Assembly: GCA_001777515.1 (NCBI GenBank)
Contig: MFEF01000003.1
Span: forward strand, 1 to 51,422
Reading direction: 5' to 3'
From: Candidatus Doudnabacteria bacterium RIFCSPHIGHO2_01_48_18
GTDB lineage: Bacteria > Patescibacteriota > Doudnabacteria > UBA920 > 2-01-FULL-46-14
DNA: 51,422 nucleotides
The notes under the pieces were generated by a model. The model searched no databases, was not told the DNA's origin, and worked only from the letters and a program-made list of their open reading frames with translations. Made by a program: the position numbers and the translations under genes. Positions 36,760 to 46,304 of the stretch are shown here, one piece after another; the first letter of the stretch is position 1; each line of letters begins with the position of its first letter.

Positions 36760-37382
36760 TAGCGGCGACGCAGGAACCGATCGTTGCGGTTGAAGTTGTT
36801 GTCAAGCCAGTTGAAGTTCAGCTTCCAGCGCTTGCCATTCCAGTTGAAGTAAGCCACGTTGCCGCTGCCATCGTCGCCATCGTCGTCCTGCAACTCGGTA
36901 AGCGGCATGATGAAGTAGTGCACACCGCGGGACTCGACAGGGAAAATCTCTTTTCCCTCGTCCTGGGCTTTGAGCAAGTCTGCGGCCAAACCGACACTGC
37001 CGATTGCATTGACTTCTTTCGCGCGCTTCATCATGGTCTCGCCGCTAACGTATTCCTCGTCATCGCGAACGGGACATGAGCTGTAATCGAGCTTGGCGAG
37101 GTCAACGTCGCCTTCGAGACGGTCACCGCCCTTTTTGACTTTCCACCCTTGCGGAATGAGTCCGGTGTCCTTTGCCGCAATCGGCGTAACTATACCGCTT
37201 GCTTTTTTGGAAAACTCAATCATAAAAGCGGCGATCTTGTCTTCGAGTTCCGTGCCTGGATACTCCAGGGCTTTCTGAAAAACTGCATCGGGAATCCCAG
37301 ACTTCTGCGCCGCAATCATCAATCGATCATGCAGCTTGTCAATTTTCTGAGCAGATGCGGTCAATGGTGTTTCCATCGGCAC
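36570..37382 (-). CDS. DGR target (CLec-like variable) protein fused to TR
   Basis: AAGGAGG SD. The C-terminal GNVAYFNWNGKRWKLNFNWLDNNFNRNDRFLRRR segment is VR/TR-like, and the frame then runs on antisense to avd. Confidence 0.75.
   Translation of the reverse strand: MPMETPLTASAQKIDKLHDRLMIAAQKSGIPDAVFQKALEYPGTELEDKIAAFMIEFSKKASGIVTPIAAKDTGLIPQGWKVKKGGDRLEGDVDLAKLDYSSCPVRDDEEYVSGETMMKRAKEVNAIGSVGLAADLLKAQDEGKEIFPVESRGVHYFIMPLTELQDDDGDDGSGNVAYFNWNGKRWKLNFNWLDNNFNRNDRFLRRRYYLLAPTSVGASFMNCCFCHPPSIFPTSTSGEEIAMYLLLSMAFSSQASCRKNFRVSSLMLAF
36730..36866 (-). ncRNA. DGR template repeat (TR) with 3' UUCG hairpin
   Basis: 8 AAC + 1 AAT codons within about 27 codons, followed by gctcctac-ttcg-gtgggagc. 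Confidence 0.75.
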
Positions 37383-37482
37383 ATCCTCCTTATTGAAATA
37401 CTCAATCTCGGAATTGAGACGAGCAGTTTAACTATCAACCAAAACGCTTTGATAATCAAACTGCTAGACTCAATAACTGGCA

Positions 37483-37524
37483 ATGTTAGCATATTTTGAC
37501 GATTTTGTCAAGAGTGTGTACAGT
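37483..37524. promoter_or_regulatory. Overlapping divergent sigma70 promoters (DGR target / MNT-HEPN)
   Basis: Minus strand TTGACA-17-TAACAT; plus strand TTGACG-17-TACAGT. The two -35 boxes form the palindrome ttgac-gatttt-gtcaa. Confidence 0.6.
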
Positions 37525-37530
37525 TACCTC

Positions 37531-37821
37531 ATGACTATTGAAGAATTAAAAAAGGCGGTGAGTCCGGTATTGCGCAGGAATTCCGTTGAATATGCGGGCG
37601 TTTTTGGCAGTGTAGCAAGAGGCGAAGCACGGCCCGAGAGTGATGTAGATATTCTCGTAAAATTTACGGGTCCAGCGACCTTTGCCGGTTATCTCCAGCT
37701 GGATGAAGATTTGCGCAAAACTCTGGGGCGGGAGGTTGATCTGGTTACCGAGGGAGGTGTAAATAAATTTTTACGTCCACAAATTGAGCGAGACCTGAAA
37801 ATAATTTATGGACAAAGATAA
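37531..37821 (+). CDS. Minimal nucleotidyltransferase (MNT) antitoxin
   Basis: FGSVARGEARPESDVDILV, LGREVDLVT. Confidence 0.92.
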   Translation: MTIEELKKAVSPVLRRNSVEYAGVFGSVARGEARPESDVDILVKFTGPATFAGYLQLDEDLRKTLGREVDLVTEGGVNKFLRPQIERDLKIIYGQR

Positions 37822-38125
37822 AATATATCTTGAGGAGATAAAGGAATTTTGTGGGAAGATTATTGCGTTCACAAAAAATTCCAGCTTTGATGATTTTGCG
37901 GCTGACGAGAAGCTGCAGCTGTCAGTTATAAAATTAATTGAAAATGTAGGCGAAGCTTCAAAACGGTTGGCAGATGATGCGCGGAGTCAGTATCCCAAGG
38001 TAGACTGGAAAAAAGCCATGGCAATGCGCGATCGCTTGGTGCACGATTATATGGACACTGATTTGGCGATTGTTTTTGATGTGGCCAAAAACGAAATACC
38101 GAAGCTATTGAAAGCACTGGGATAG
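37808..38125 (+). CDS. HEPN/DUF86 toxin (HepT-like RNase)
   Basis: GEASK, W..AMAMRDRLVHDY (RxxxxH-x-Y). Overlaps MNT. Confidence 0.92.
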   Translation: MDKDKIYLEEIKEFCGKIIAFTKNSSFDDFAADEKLQLSVIKLIENVGEASKRLADDARSQYPKVDWKKAMAMRDRLVHDYMDTDLAIVFDVAKNEIPKLLKALG

Positions 38126-38127
38126 GA

Positions 38128-39309
38128 ATGGATTTCTTCCAAATCCTCAAAAACGACATCAACTCAAAGGCCCGGCTTGGGATAATCAATACTGCTCACG
38201 GCCCGGTAAAAACTCCGGCATTTTTGCCGATTGGCACGAGGGGCAGCGTCAAAGCCGTAACCTCGGAGGAGCTGCGGTTTTGGGGCGCGGAAATGATTTT
38301 GGCTAACACCTATCATCTGTGGATGCGGCCGGGAGACGCGCTGATTAACAAGGCCGGCGGCCTGCATAAATTCATGGGCTGGGACGGCCCGATTTTTACT
38401 GATTCCGGTGGGTACCAGGTGTATTCGCTTGGAGAAAAAATTACCGAAAGCACTAGCGAGCGCAAACCAACCCTCAAAAAGATTACTGAAAAAGGCGTGG
38501 AGTTTAGAAATGAGCTTGATGGTGCGCTTCATGTCCTCAGCCCTGAGGAATCGATTCAGATCCAATCCAACCTGGGATCTGATATCGCGGTCGTGCTTGA
38601 TGATGTACCAGGCCTGCCTGCTACCAAGACGCGACTCGAGAGCTCGCTCGAGCTGACGTTGAAATGGGCGGAAAGAGCAAAAAAACAGTTTGAAAAGATT
38701 ACGCCTGAAAGCGTCAATCCCGGTCAAAAACTTTTTGGCGTAGTACAGGGCGGCGACCGCGAATATCTGCGAAAAAAATCCGTCCGGGCCTTGCAAAAAA
38801 TCGGTTTTGATGGCTATGGTATCGGAGGGCTGGCGATTGGTGCGGTGGCAGACGACCCGGAGATCATGTACCGTGTGATCGATTTTACTGTTCCTTATCT
38901 GGAGGATGATAAACCTCGGCATTTGCTGGGCGTCGGCTACCCGGAACAAATCATCAAATCTATCGCCCTTGGCATGGATACGTTTGACTGCGTGATCCCG
39001 ACCCGGAATGCCAGGCACGGCGAGCTGTTTATCAATCAAAAAAACGGCAATGGTGCCGGTTACGCTGCTCTGAAAATTTTAAACAAACAATATGCCGAGG
39101 ATTTCACGCCGATTGACAACACCTGTTCCTGCTACGGCTGCCGCCATCATAACCGCGCTTATCTGCGTCATCTGTTTATGAGCGGCGAACCACTTGGCAT
39201 TCGCCTCGCGACTATGCACAACCTAAGATTTTATTTGGATTTTATGGAAAAGGTCCGAAGATCAATAGAGTTTGAAAGCTTTTCCGAGTTGCTCGCGCTT
39301 TATCAGTAA
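38128..39309 (+). CDS. tgt: tRNA-guanine transglycosylase
   Basis: LANTYHL, TDSGGYQV, FDCVIPTRNARHG, CSCYGC, HNL. Confidence 0.97.
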   Translation: MDFFQILKNDINSKARLGIINTAHGPVKTPAFLPIGTRGSVKAVTSEELRFWGAEMILANTYHLWMRPGDALINKAGGLHKFMGWDGPIFTDSGGYQVYSLGEKITESTSERKPTLKKITEKGVEFRNELDGALHVLSPEESIQIQSNLGSDIAVVLDDVPGLPATKTRLESSLELTLKWAERAKKQFEKITPESVNPGQKLFGVVQGGDREYLRKKSVRALQKIGFDGYGIGGLAIGAVADDPEIMYRVIDFTVPYLEDDKPRHLLGVGYPEQIIKSIALGMDTFDCVIPTRNARHGELFINQKNGNGAGYAALKILNKQYAEDFTPIDNTCSCYGCRHHNRAYLRHLFMSGEPLGIRLATMHNLRFYLDFMEKVRRSIEFESFSELLALYQ

Positions 39310-39337
39310 TTAACCCCCTCCAGCTTAACGGTTACAA

Positions 39338-39718
39338 CTAGGTTGGCAAATAAACGGAAATTTTCTCGAGTATTTCCTGGGGCTGATGATAAGTTTTGAC
39401 CAGATAATCCTCTGCGCCCAGCAGTAGTGCGAGTTTTTTGTCATCATCCACATGCTTGCTGCCAAGGTTTGTCAAAACTATGACGGGAATATTTTTTGTG
39501 TCTTGATCCTTTTTGAAAGCCTTGAGCAGCTCAAAACCATTCATGCTGGGCAGTAGAATATCCAGCAATATTAGATCGGGCTTTTTCTTGGCGAGCTCCT
39601 GGCCTTCTTTGCCGTCATGCGCGATTTCGACATCAAATTTCGCGGACAAAACCTCGTCATACAGTTCAGCTAAATCCTGATCGTCTTCTATTAGCAATAT
39701 TTTTTTTCTTTTTGTCAT
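39338..39718 (-). CDS. Single-domain response regulator
   Basis: LIEDD, PDLILLDILLP, LTN, DYLVK. Confidence 0.95.
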   Translation of the reverse strand: MTKRKKILLIEDDQDLAELYDEVLSAKFDVEIAHDGKEGQELAKKKPDLILLDILLPSMNGFELLKAFKKDQDTKNIPVIVLTNLGSKHVDDDKKLALLLGAEDYLVKTYHQPQEILEKISVYLPT

Positions 39719-39731
39719 TTCTTTGGGATCC

Positions 39732-40949
39732 TTAGATTAAAGGTAACTGTTTAGATTCTTCCAGCAATTGTAAGGTGAAACAAAATCGGCTGCCAATCCC
39801 CAACTCAGAATCTACCCAGATGCGGCCTTTTTGCATTTCCACCAACTGCTTGACAATATAAAGTCCCAGGCCAGTGCCTCCAGCTTTTATGGAGAGCGCA
39901 TTGGGAACGCGGAAAAATTTTTCAAAGATGCTTTGATGATAGTCTTTGGCAATGCCCACGCCATTGTCTTGCACGCAAATAGTTGCTATCGGGCCGCTTT
40001 CCGTTATTGATTTTTTACAGCTTATTTTTATTACAGCGCCTGATTCAGTGTATTTGAGAGCGTTTCCCACGAGATTCGAAATGATCTTTTTCGTGTGATC
40101 TGGGTTGCCGCTTAACAGATAATCCTCGTGCATTTCCACAAACAGAGTTTTGTTGTCGTTCTTTGCTTTGATCCGCCATTCGTTCACGACTTCGTCAATG
40201 ATGGGGCTGATTTCAAAGGGCAAAAATTCCATTTTCGGCCGGTGTTCTAGCTTAATAACACTCAGTAAATCCTCTACCACATCGTGTAATTTTTTCGCCG
40301 CTCTGACGAGTTTTTCGACATATGTCTGCTCTTTGCCCAAAACTCCGTGATGCTCTTTTTCAAGCAGCGTCAGATATCCCTGCAGTGCCGTTAGCGGCGT
40401 CCGCAGCTCGTGAGCAGCCGACGAAATGAAATCCTCTTTTGTTTTTTCCAGCTGTTTTCGCTCCGTAATATCCTCTACAGTGCCTTCATAACAAATAATA
40501 TCCCCGTCCTCGTCTTTTACAGCCCGCGCGTTTTCGCGAATGTAGATTATCGAGCCGTTTTTGCGCCGCCACGCAGCTTCTGAAGCTTTTACCTCGCCTT
40601 GCATCTCTACCAGCTCTTTGAAGCGTGAACGCGGGGATTGTGGATCAAACCCTTCGGCCTCAAGGTTTCTGGTGCGCAGCTCTTCCAAGGAATCGTAACC
40701 GAGCATTTTGATCAACTGCGGATTGCAAAGCAAAATGCGGCCATCAGGCGTCGTACGGTAAATACCCATCGGACTGTTCTCAAAAAAGTATTTATACCGT
40801 TCTTCACTCTGTCTTAAGGCGGACGCGATGGCTTTGGCATGGTCGTGCTCGCTTTCCATCTGTACAACCCGATTCTGCAGGGACTCAATTTTCTGCCTCG
40901 CAATTGCCAGTTCCTCGTCTAAATCATGTTTTAATGCGATTTTTTCCAT
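39732..40949 (-). CDS. PAS-domain sensor histidine kinase (soluble)
   Basis: PAS (EDITERK), HELRTPL, NALKY, DNGVGI, GTGLGL. Confidence 0.95.
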   Translation of the reverse strand: MEKIALKHDLDEELAIARQKIESLQNRVVQMESEHDHAKAIASALRQSEERYKYFFENSPMGIYRTTPDGRILLCNPQLIKMLGYDSLEELRTRNLEAEGFDPQSPRSRFKELVEMQGEVKASEAAWRRKNGSIIYIRENARAVKDEDGDIICYEGTVEDITERKQLEKTKEDFISSAAHELRTPLTALQGYLTLLEKEHHGVLGKEQTYVEKLVRAAKKLHDVVEDLLSVIKLEHRPKMEFLPFEISPIIDEVVNEWRIKAKNDNKTLFVEMHEDYLLSGNPDHTKKIISNLVGNALKYTESGAVIKISCKKSITESGPIATICVQDNGVGIAKDYHQSIFEKFFRVPNALSIKAGGTGLGLYIVKQLVEMQKGRIWVDSELGIGSRFCFTLQLLEESKQLPLI

Positions 40950-41134
40950 ATGGCAAGTTTTATTATCCCATTTCCGATTTCGCTTCGCAAATCGAGTAAA
41001 CAGAAAAAATTGTACAAAATGCACAAAAGACCATATTATAAACTTGTATTTTTTGGGTTAAATTAGGGATTTTTGAATAATTGGATATTCTGTACAATTT
41101 ATCTAGCATTACTTAACTACGAGGGAGTTATAAA

Positions 41135-42385
41135 GTGAACTTTATTGAACTGGCTTCATCCGCGATCATTGACAAGCTAAAAAGCGTATTGGATCAGGAT
41201 GTGGCAATAACAGATCTCACAGGCACTGTTGTTGCCGACAGTGAAATCAAAAATTTTGGGAAACACCTGCCTACTACAGCCCTGGTTTTGAAAAACAACA
41301 AAACTATGCCCCTGCCAAAAGGCGAACTGGAGGCTGAAGTCACAGCCTGGGCAACTCCTCTCATATATGACAACCAGGTCGTCGGCAGCCTCATCCTCAA
41401 AGACAATGGGCGGGTAACTGAAGAGCAGATCAACCTCGCCAAATCCCTTGCTGAGCTTCTTATCCACCAGGTCATGGTGCTGCGCATGCTTCCGACCACG
41501 TCGCAAGTGCTCGACAAATTTTTCTATGATTTGTTCGAGGGGCAGGAAAATGATAAAACCAAGCCCTTGGAACAGAGCCGTTTTCTTGACATTCACTACT
41601 ACAAGGTCGGCTTGGATCGAGATCGAATTGTGGTCCTAATAAACATTCCCGGATTTTGGCAAAAACTCTTGGGCCAAAATATCGTGCCGCAGGAAACAGA
41701 GCAAGCCAAGGTTGAACATTACAAGCAAACCATTCAGCAGATCTTCAAGCCGTATGGCGCGTCGCTCGAAGATATCTTAGTGACTTATTTCAGCGGTGAT
41801 AATTTCATCGTGCTCATCGCGGCTCCGCCCGAGAGTGGCCAAAAAACTCACGAGCAGGTCCTCAATAACGCTGATACCATTCCGGGACTGATAAAGAATT
41901 CACTCGGGGAAACAGCGCTTTTGGCTGTCCCCAATTTTCACGCGGGACTGGACGGGCTCCTCAAAGCCTACAATCAGGCGAAAATCACCTTGTCGCTTGG
42001 GAAAAAACTTTATCCCGTCAATCATGTTTTTTTCTATCGCGAGGTGATATTGGCGAAAATGATCAACCAGATTCCCGCGGCAGAGCAGCAATATTTTATT
42101 AACTATTACTTAAAGAGTCTGCTTAAAAAACCGCCCCTGCTAAAAACCCTGTCCGCCTATTTCTCGGCTGACCTCGATCTTAAAGCGACGGCGCAAAAGC
42201 TCAATATACACAAGAACACGTTGTATTACCGGTTTGACAAAATTGAGAAGCTAATCGGACTCGACCCGCGCTCATTTCATAATGCTATCAAGATTGTCCT
42301 AGCGCTTCTCATGTATCAAATCAGTGCTGACGTGGAGTCAAAAAACACAAATTCTCAGGTTCCGGTTAACCAATTGTTTGGATAA
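41135..42385 (+). CDS. CdaR/PucR-family transcriptional regulator
   Basis: N-terminal sugar-diacid-recognition-like domain (ITDLTGTVVA) and C-terminal TAQKLNIHKNTLYYR HTH. Confidence 0.88.
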   Translation: MNFIELASSAIIDKLKSVLDQDVAITDLTGTVVADSEIKNFGKHLPTTALVLKNNKTMPLPKGELEAEVTAWATPLIYDNQVVGSLILKDNGRVTEEQINLAKSLAELLIHQVMVLRMLPTTSQVLDKFFYDLFEGQENDKTKPLEQSRFLDIHYYKVGLDRDRIVVLINIPGFWQKLLGQNIVPQETEQAKVEHYKQTIQQIFKPYGASLEDILVTYFSGDNFIVLIAAPPESGQKTHEQVLNNADTIPGLIKNSLGETALLAVPNFHAGLDGLLKAYNQAKITLSLGKKLYPVNHVFFYREVILAKMINQIPAAEQQYFINYYLKSLLKKPPLLKTLSAYFSADLDLKATAQKLNIHKNTLYYRFDKIEKLIGLDPRSFHNAIKIVLALLMYQISADVESKNTNSQVPVNQLFG

Positions 42386-42623
42386 ACCGCACAATGACTC
42401 GAAAAGCACCAGCAGGCACTATGGATAAGCGCGATTGAAGCGCGTCATATTCCGATCCTGAATTATTACAGGCTTTAACAGAAATATATAGACTTGGGCC
42501 GCTTGAGGAAATGCCAATCAAAATGCGTTATCCTCCGGTCCCCACCAATATGCTTGGGTAATTCGGGCGGAAAATTAAAAAGCTATACAAACGAGGTTAG
42601 GCGTTTATATAGCTTCAGGGTAG

Positions 42624-42668
42624 AACCCCGTTGTCACTAAATAATTTTCGTGGCAGTGGGGTTTTTTT
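42624..42668. terminator. Terminator-like hairpin at the pnp 3' end
   Basis: aaccccgttgtcac...gtggcagtggggtttttt. Confidence 0.55.
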
Positions 42669-42679
42669 ATTGGCTGTTT

Positions 42680-44875
42680 TTACCGCTGTACGAAGCGGTC
42701 TAGATTTGGCTTGCCACCAGGCCGTCCGCCGCTGCGAGGCGGTCTTTGTCCGCGATCGCTGCCTTGGGAAGGATTGTATCCTGGCAGCAAAGCTTTGCGA
42801 GACAGGTTGATACGCCCCATTTCATCAACATTGATGACTTTGACTCGAACCGTGTCGCCAATATTTACCACATCGGTAACCTTTTCCACGCGGTGATTCT
42901 CCAACTCGGAAATATGGATCATGCCGTCCTGTCCTGGCAGAATCTGCACGAAAGCCCCAAAATCCAAAATTTTTACAACCTTGCCTTCAAACTCTTCGCC
43001 TACCGCGACCTCGCGCACTAGATTTTTGATCCAATCAACCGCTTTCTTTGAGCCCTCCTCATTGTTTGAGGTCACCATTACAAGACCGTCATCCTCAATG
43101 TCAATCTTCACGCCGGTCTCGGCAATGATTGTGTTTATGACTTTGCCGCCCGGACCAATAACTTCGCGGATTTTTTCCGGATTGATATAAAAAGAAGTTA
43201 TTCGTGGCGCGAAGGGAGACATTTCCTTGCGCGGCTCTGGGATGGCCGAGAGCATCTTCTCTAGGATAAACAGCCGGCCGGCTTTCGCTTGCTCGAGAGC
43301 GGCGCTCAGGATCTCGACAGTGAGGCCTTTGACCTTGATATCAAGCTGCAACGCGGTAATGCCATCTTTGGTGCCGGCAACCTTGAAATCCATGTGTCCG
43401 TTGCCATCCTCAATGCCTTGAATATCTGATAAAATCTTGAAATTGCCGGTTTTAGTATCAAGCACCAAACCCATCGCGATTCCTGACACAGGCGCTTTAA
43501 TCGGCACGCCTGCGTCCATGAGCGCTAATGTGCTGCCGCAGGTTGACCCCATCGAGGTCGAGCCATTACTCGATAGCACTTCAGACACGAGGCGAACCGT
43601 ATAAGGAAAATCTTCTTTTTTGGGGATCATTGGCTCGAGCGCGCGTTCAGCCAGCGCGCCATGGCCGATTTCGCGGCGGCCCGGAGATCTCAAAGGCTGA
43701 ACCTCGCCGACAGAATAGCCGGGGAAATTATAGTGATGCATATAGCGCTTGTGGCGCTCATCGATCGTATCCAGATCCTCGAGCAGCTGCACGTCATCGG
43801 GCCCGCCCAGCGTCGCTGTGGTCAGCACCTGGGTTTCGCCTCGTTTAAAAAGACCCGTCCCGTGAACGCGCGGCAGTACTGAAACCTCGCAGCTGATGGG
43901 CCTTATTTCATCCAGCACTCGGCCATCAACCCGTTTTGAATCCTTTAATATAGCGCCCTGTAGCAATTCTTTGACTTTTTTATCATAGATGTACCCAACT
44001 TCTTTTTTGAGTGCCGCGTCATCCCCAGCCAGCTCAGTCACTGCCTTGTCACGAAGATCATTCATCGCCTTTTCGCGATCCGTTTTTTCCGGCTTGAAGA
44101 GAGCCGCGGCGAGATCGTCCTTGTAGGCAGAAAATTTTTCCACTAGCTCAGCTTGCGGCGCGAAAGTTTTTATTTCTACCTTGGCATTACCAACATCACT
44201 GGCAAGTTTTTTTATAAGCCCGACAATATTTTTAATCTCGCCTTGCGCGAAAGCGATTGCTTCCAGTATTTCTGCTTCCGGCACTTCTTTTGCGCCTGCT
44301 TCAACCATGATGATATGATTCTCTGTGCCTGAAACTATCAGATCCAGCGTGCTGCCGTTTTCTTGCTCCGCATAGGAGGGATTGAGCACGAGTTTCCCAT
44401 CAATCTTCCCGACCCGCACGCCAGCGATCGGACTATCCCAGGGAATATCAGAAACCTCGATCGCGGCAGAGGCAGCGTTGAGCCCGAGCACGTCAGGATC
44501 GTTTATACCGTCAACAGAAAGAACCGTGACCACGACTTGAATATCGTTGCGTATATTATCGTTGAACATTGGACGAATACTGCGGTCAATCACGCGGCCG
44601 CGCAAAATCGCGTCATCAGAAGGACGGCCTTCGCGTTTGACCCAGCGCGAACCCTTGATCTTTCCCGCAGCATAGAGCTTTTCCTCATAATCAACCATGA
44701 GCGGCAGATAATCTATTCCATCCCGTTGGCGTCCAAGGACGATGGTCCCCATGACCATGGTGTCTCCCGCTCTTACTACCACGGAACCGTTTGCTTGCAT
44801 GGCAAATTTACCCGTTGACAGATTCCAGGTCTTTGTCCCAATTTGGGCCTCAGCTGAATATTCTTTTTTTGGCAT
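42680..44875 (-). CDS. pnp: Polyribonucleotide nucleotidyltransferase
   Basis: IDRSIRP, RREIGHGALAERA, DFKVAGT, KH and S1 domains. Confidence 0.98.
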   Translation of the reverse strand: MPKKEYSAEAQIGTKTWNLSTGKFAMQANGSVVVRAGDTMVMGTIVLGRQRDGIDYLPLMVDYEEKLYAAGKIKGSRWVKREGRPSDDAILRGRVIDRSIRPMFNDNIRNDIQVVVTVLSVDGINDPDVLGLNAASAAIEVSDIPWDSPIAGVRVGKIDGKLVLNPSYAEQENGSTLDLIVSGTENHIIMVEAGAKEVPEAEILEAIAFAQGEIKNIVGLIKKLASDVGNAKVEIKTFAPQAELVEKFSAYKDDLAAALFKPEKTDREKAMNDLRDKAVTELAGDDAALKKEVGYIYDKKVKELLQGAILKDSKRVDGRVLDEIRPISCEVSVLPRVHGTGLFKRGETQVLTTATLGGPDDVQLLEDLDTIDERHKRYMHHYNFPGYSVGEVQPLRSPGRREIGHGALAERALEPMIPKKEDFPYTVRLVSEVLSSNGSTSMGSTCGSTLALMDAGVPIKAPVSGIAMGLVLDTKTGNFKILSDIQGIEDGNGHMDFKVAGTKDGITALQLDIKVKGLTVEILSAALEQAKAGRLFILEKMLSAIPEPRKEMSPFAPRITSFYINPEKIREVIGPGGKVINTIIAETGVKIDIEDDGLVMVTSNNEEGSKKAVDWIKNLVREVAVGEEFEGKVVKILDFGAFVQILPGQDGMIHISELENHRVEKVTDVVNIGDTVRVKVINVDEMGRINLSRKALLPGYNPSQGSDRGQRPPRSGGRPGGKPNLDRFVQR

Positions 44876-44993
44876 TACATATTTGTTCCGGTTCTGGAAC
44901 AACGTTCCTGAGAGGTATCTGGAGCCTTGGAGCTGCAAATATTTCTCAACAAGCGTTCTTCCAACCGAGACCGTTAATTGTTAATTGTTCAGC

Positions 44994-45260
44994 TTATTTC
45001 TTCAGCTTAAGCTTTTCAACAATCTTCTCGTGGCGCTTCTCGTCCTCTTCCTTCAAATATCGAAGCAAACGGCGGCGGTTTCCTACCATTTTCAAAAGCC
45101 CGCGGCGGGAGTGGTTGTCCTTTTTATGCTTGGTCAAATGCTCGGCTACCTGCTCAATTTCCCGCGACAAAATCGCGATTTGCACCTCTGGACTGCCGGT
45201 ATCGCCCTTGTGCGTCTGAAATTTCTTGATGATATTCTCTTTTTCCTTAGTTGTAAGCAT
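44994..45260 (-). CDS. rpsO: 30S ribosomal protein S15
   Basis: [26 protein letters not shown]. Confidence 0.99.
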   Translation of the reverse strand: MLTTKEKENIIKKFQTHKGDTGSPEVQIAILSREIEQVAEHLTKHKKDNHSRRGLLKMVGNRRRLLRYLKEEDEKRHEKIVEKLKLKK

Positions 45261-45366
45261 GCAAAAATACTACCATAGCCGTAAACATATGGCAAGCCCC
45301 TGTAGGGTTATAAATAAAATCGGCCGCAAGTAAGCCTTACGACCGATTGTTTTAGTGAAGGTTAAC

Positions 45367-46185
45367 TTAACTTGGCACTTTTCCCGAGTCGTTTAAATAT
45401 TTCAAGAACTGTGGACACTGGGGGTCGTCCTGGCAGCGTAGCAGGATATTGTCGATTTCGATAAAATCCGATTCCAGCGGCTGGCCGCTCGCCCGCAATT
45501 GCCTCACGGCCTTGATGTTGACCTCAAACCACGCTCTCGCCTCTTCCTGGGATATTTCTTCAGTCGTGCGCTTCTGGTTATAGAACTCTGCTGTATGCTC
45601 CAAATGCACTGCTTCGTGAACCAGCATCAGCGCGAAAGTATTTTTCACCTGTTGGTTAAACCCCGTCGCAACATTTTGCTGGACCCGCAAGATGATGAAC
45701 AGCCTCGATATCGAGAGATTAACAAAAGGCATAAACGGCGGCTGTGCATCATTGTTCCTTGAGGTGTAGCCTGACGTCATCATGGTTGCTTCCTTAGGTC
45801 TGCCGTCCGAAGTGGTGAAGAGTCCGGCATAAGGGTTGAACCCCAAGCGACCAGCCTGGGTTTCCGTATAAACCCAGCTGATCTTTTCTGCCATGAACGG
45901 CGTCATATAAGAATTCTTCGGGTTTGATGGATTTACGTCGGCCAGCAGGTCATTGACTAGCCTCACCGCCTCCGATTGAGGGATGGTGAGTCGAACATTG
46001 CCTTGTGCGTCTGTGATGACGATAACCATTTCGGCCTCCTGGTCAGGGGCAATAGACGGCGTAACTTGCGGCTCCACAGGCCTTTTTTTTGATGGCATTA
46101 TTGCGAACGTGAGAATAGCGCCCACAGCAATAAGGCATATGCATAAAATGCGCCGAGGTTTTGTTCGGGCGTTTTTCCTCTTCAC
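45367..46185 (-). CDS. Hypothetical membrane-anchored protein with HExxH motif
   Basis: N-terminal TM/signal, LVHEAVHLEH...EEARA. AGGAGG SD and a TTGACA-17-TACAAT promoter at 46215-46243. Confidence 0.7.
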   Translation of the reverse strand: MKRKNARTKPRRILCICLIAVGAILTFAIMPSKKRPVEPQVTPSIAPDQEAEMVIVITDAQGNVRLTIPQSEAVRLVNDLLADVNPSNPKNSYMTPFMAEKISWVYTETQAGRLGFNPYAGLFTTSDGRPKEATMMTSGYTSRNNDAQPPFMPFVNLSISRLFIILRVQQNVATGFNQQVKNTFALMLVHEAVHLEHTAEFYNQKRTTEEISQEEARAWFEVNIKAVRQLRASGQPLESDFIEIDNILLRCQDDPQCPQFLKYLNDSGKVPS

Positions 46186-46254
46186 TTTGGTTCCTCCTAT
46201 GTATTGGGAATGGAATTGTATAAAATTTTGCTTGCTTTGTCAATCATTTGCAAT

Positions 46255-46288
46255 AAAAAATCCGCGTTGCAAACAACGCGGATTTTTT
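46255..46288. terminator. Bidirectional rho-independent terminator
   Basis: aaaaaatccgcgttg-caaa-caacgcggatttttt. Confidence 0.85.
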
Positions 46289-46304
46289 CAACGACTTTTG
46301 CTTG

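Noticed and set aside
36570-37382. Active DGR with a VR/TR pair in the window
   Set aside because: Only one copy of the repeat was found by eye and the RT lacks its catalytic core.
44876-44975. Possible gene remnant between rpsO and pnp
   Set aside because: Too short to assign; only a vague resemblance to a protein fragment.
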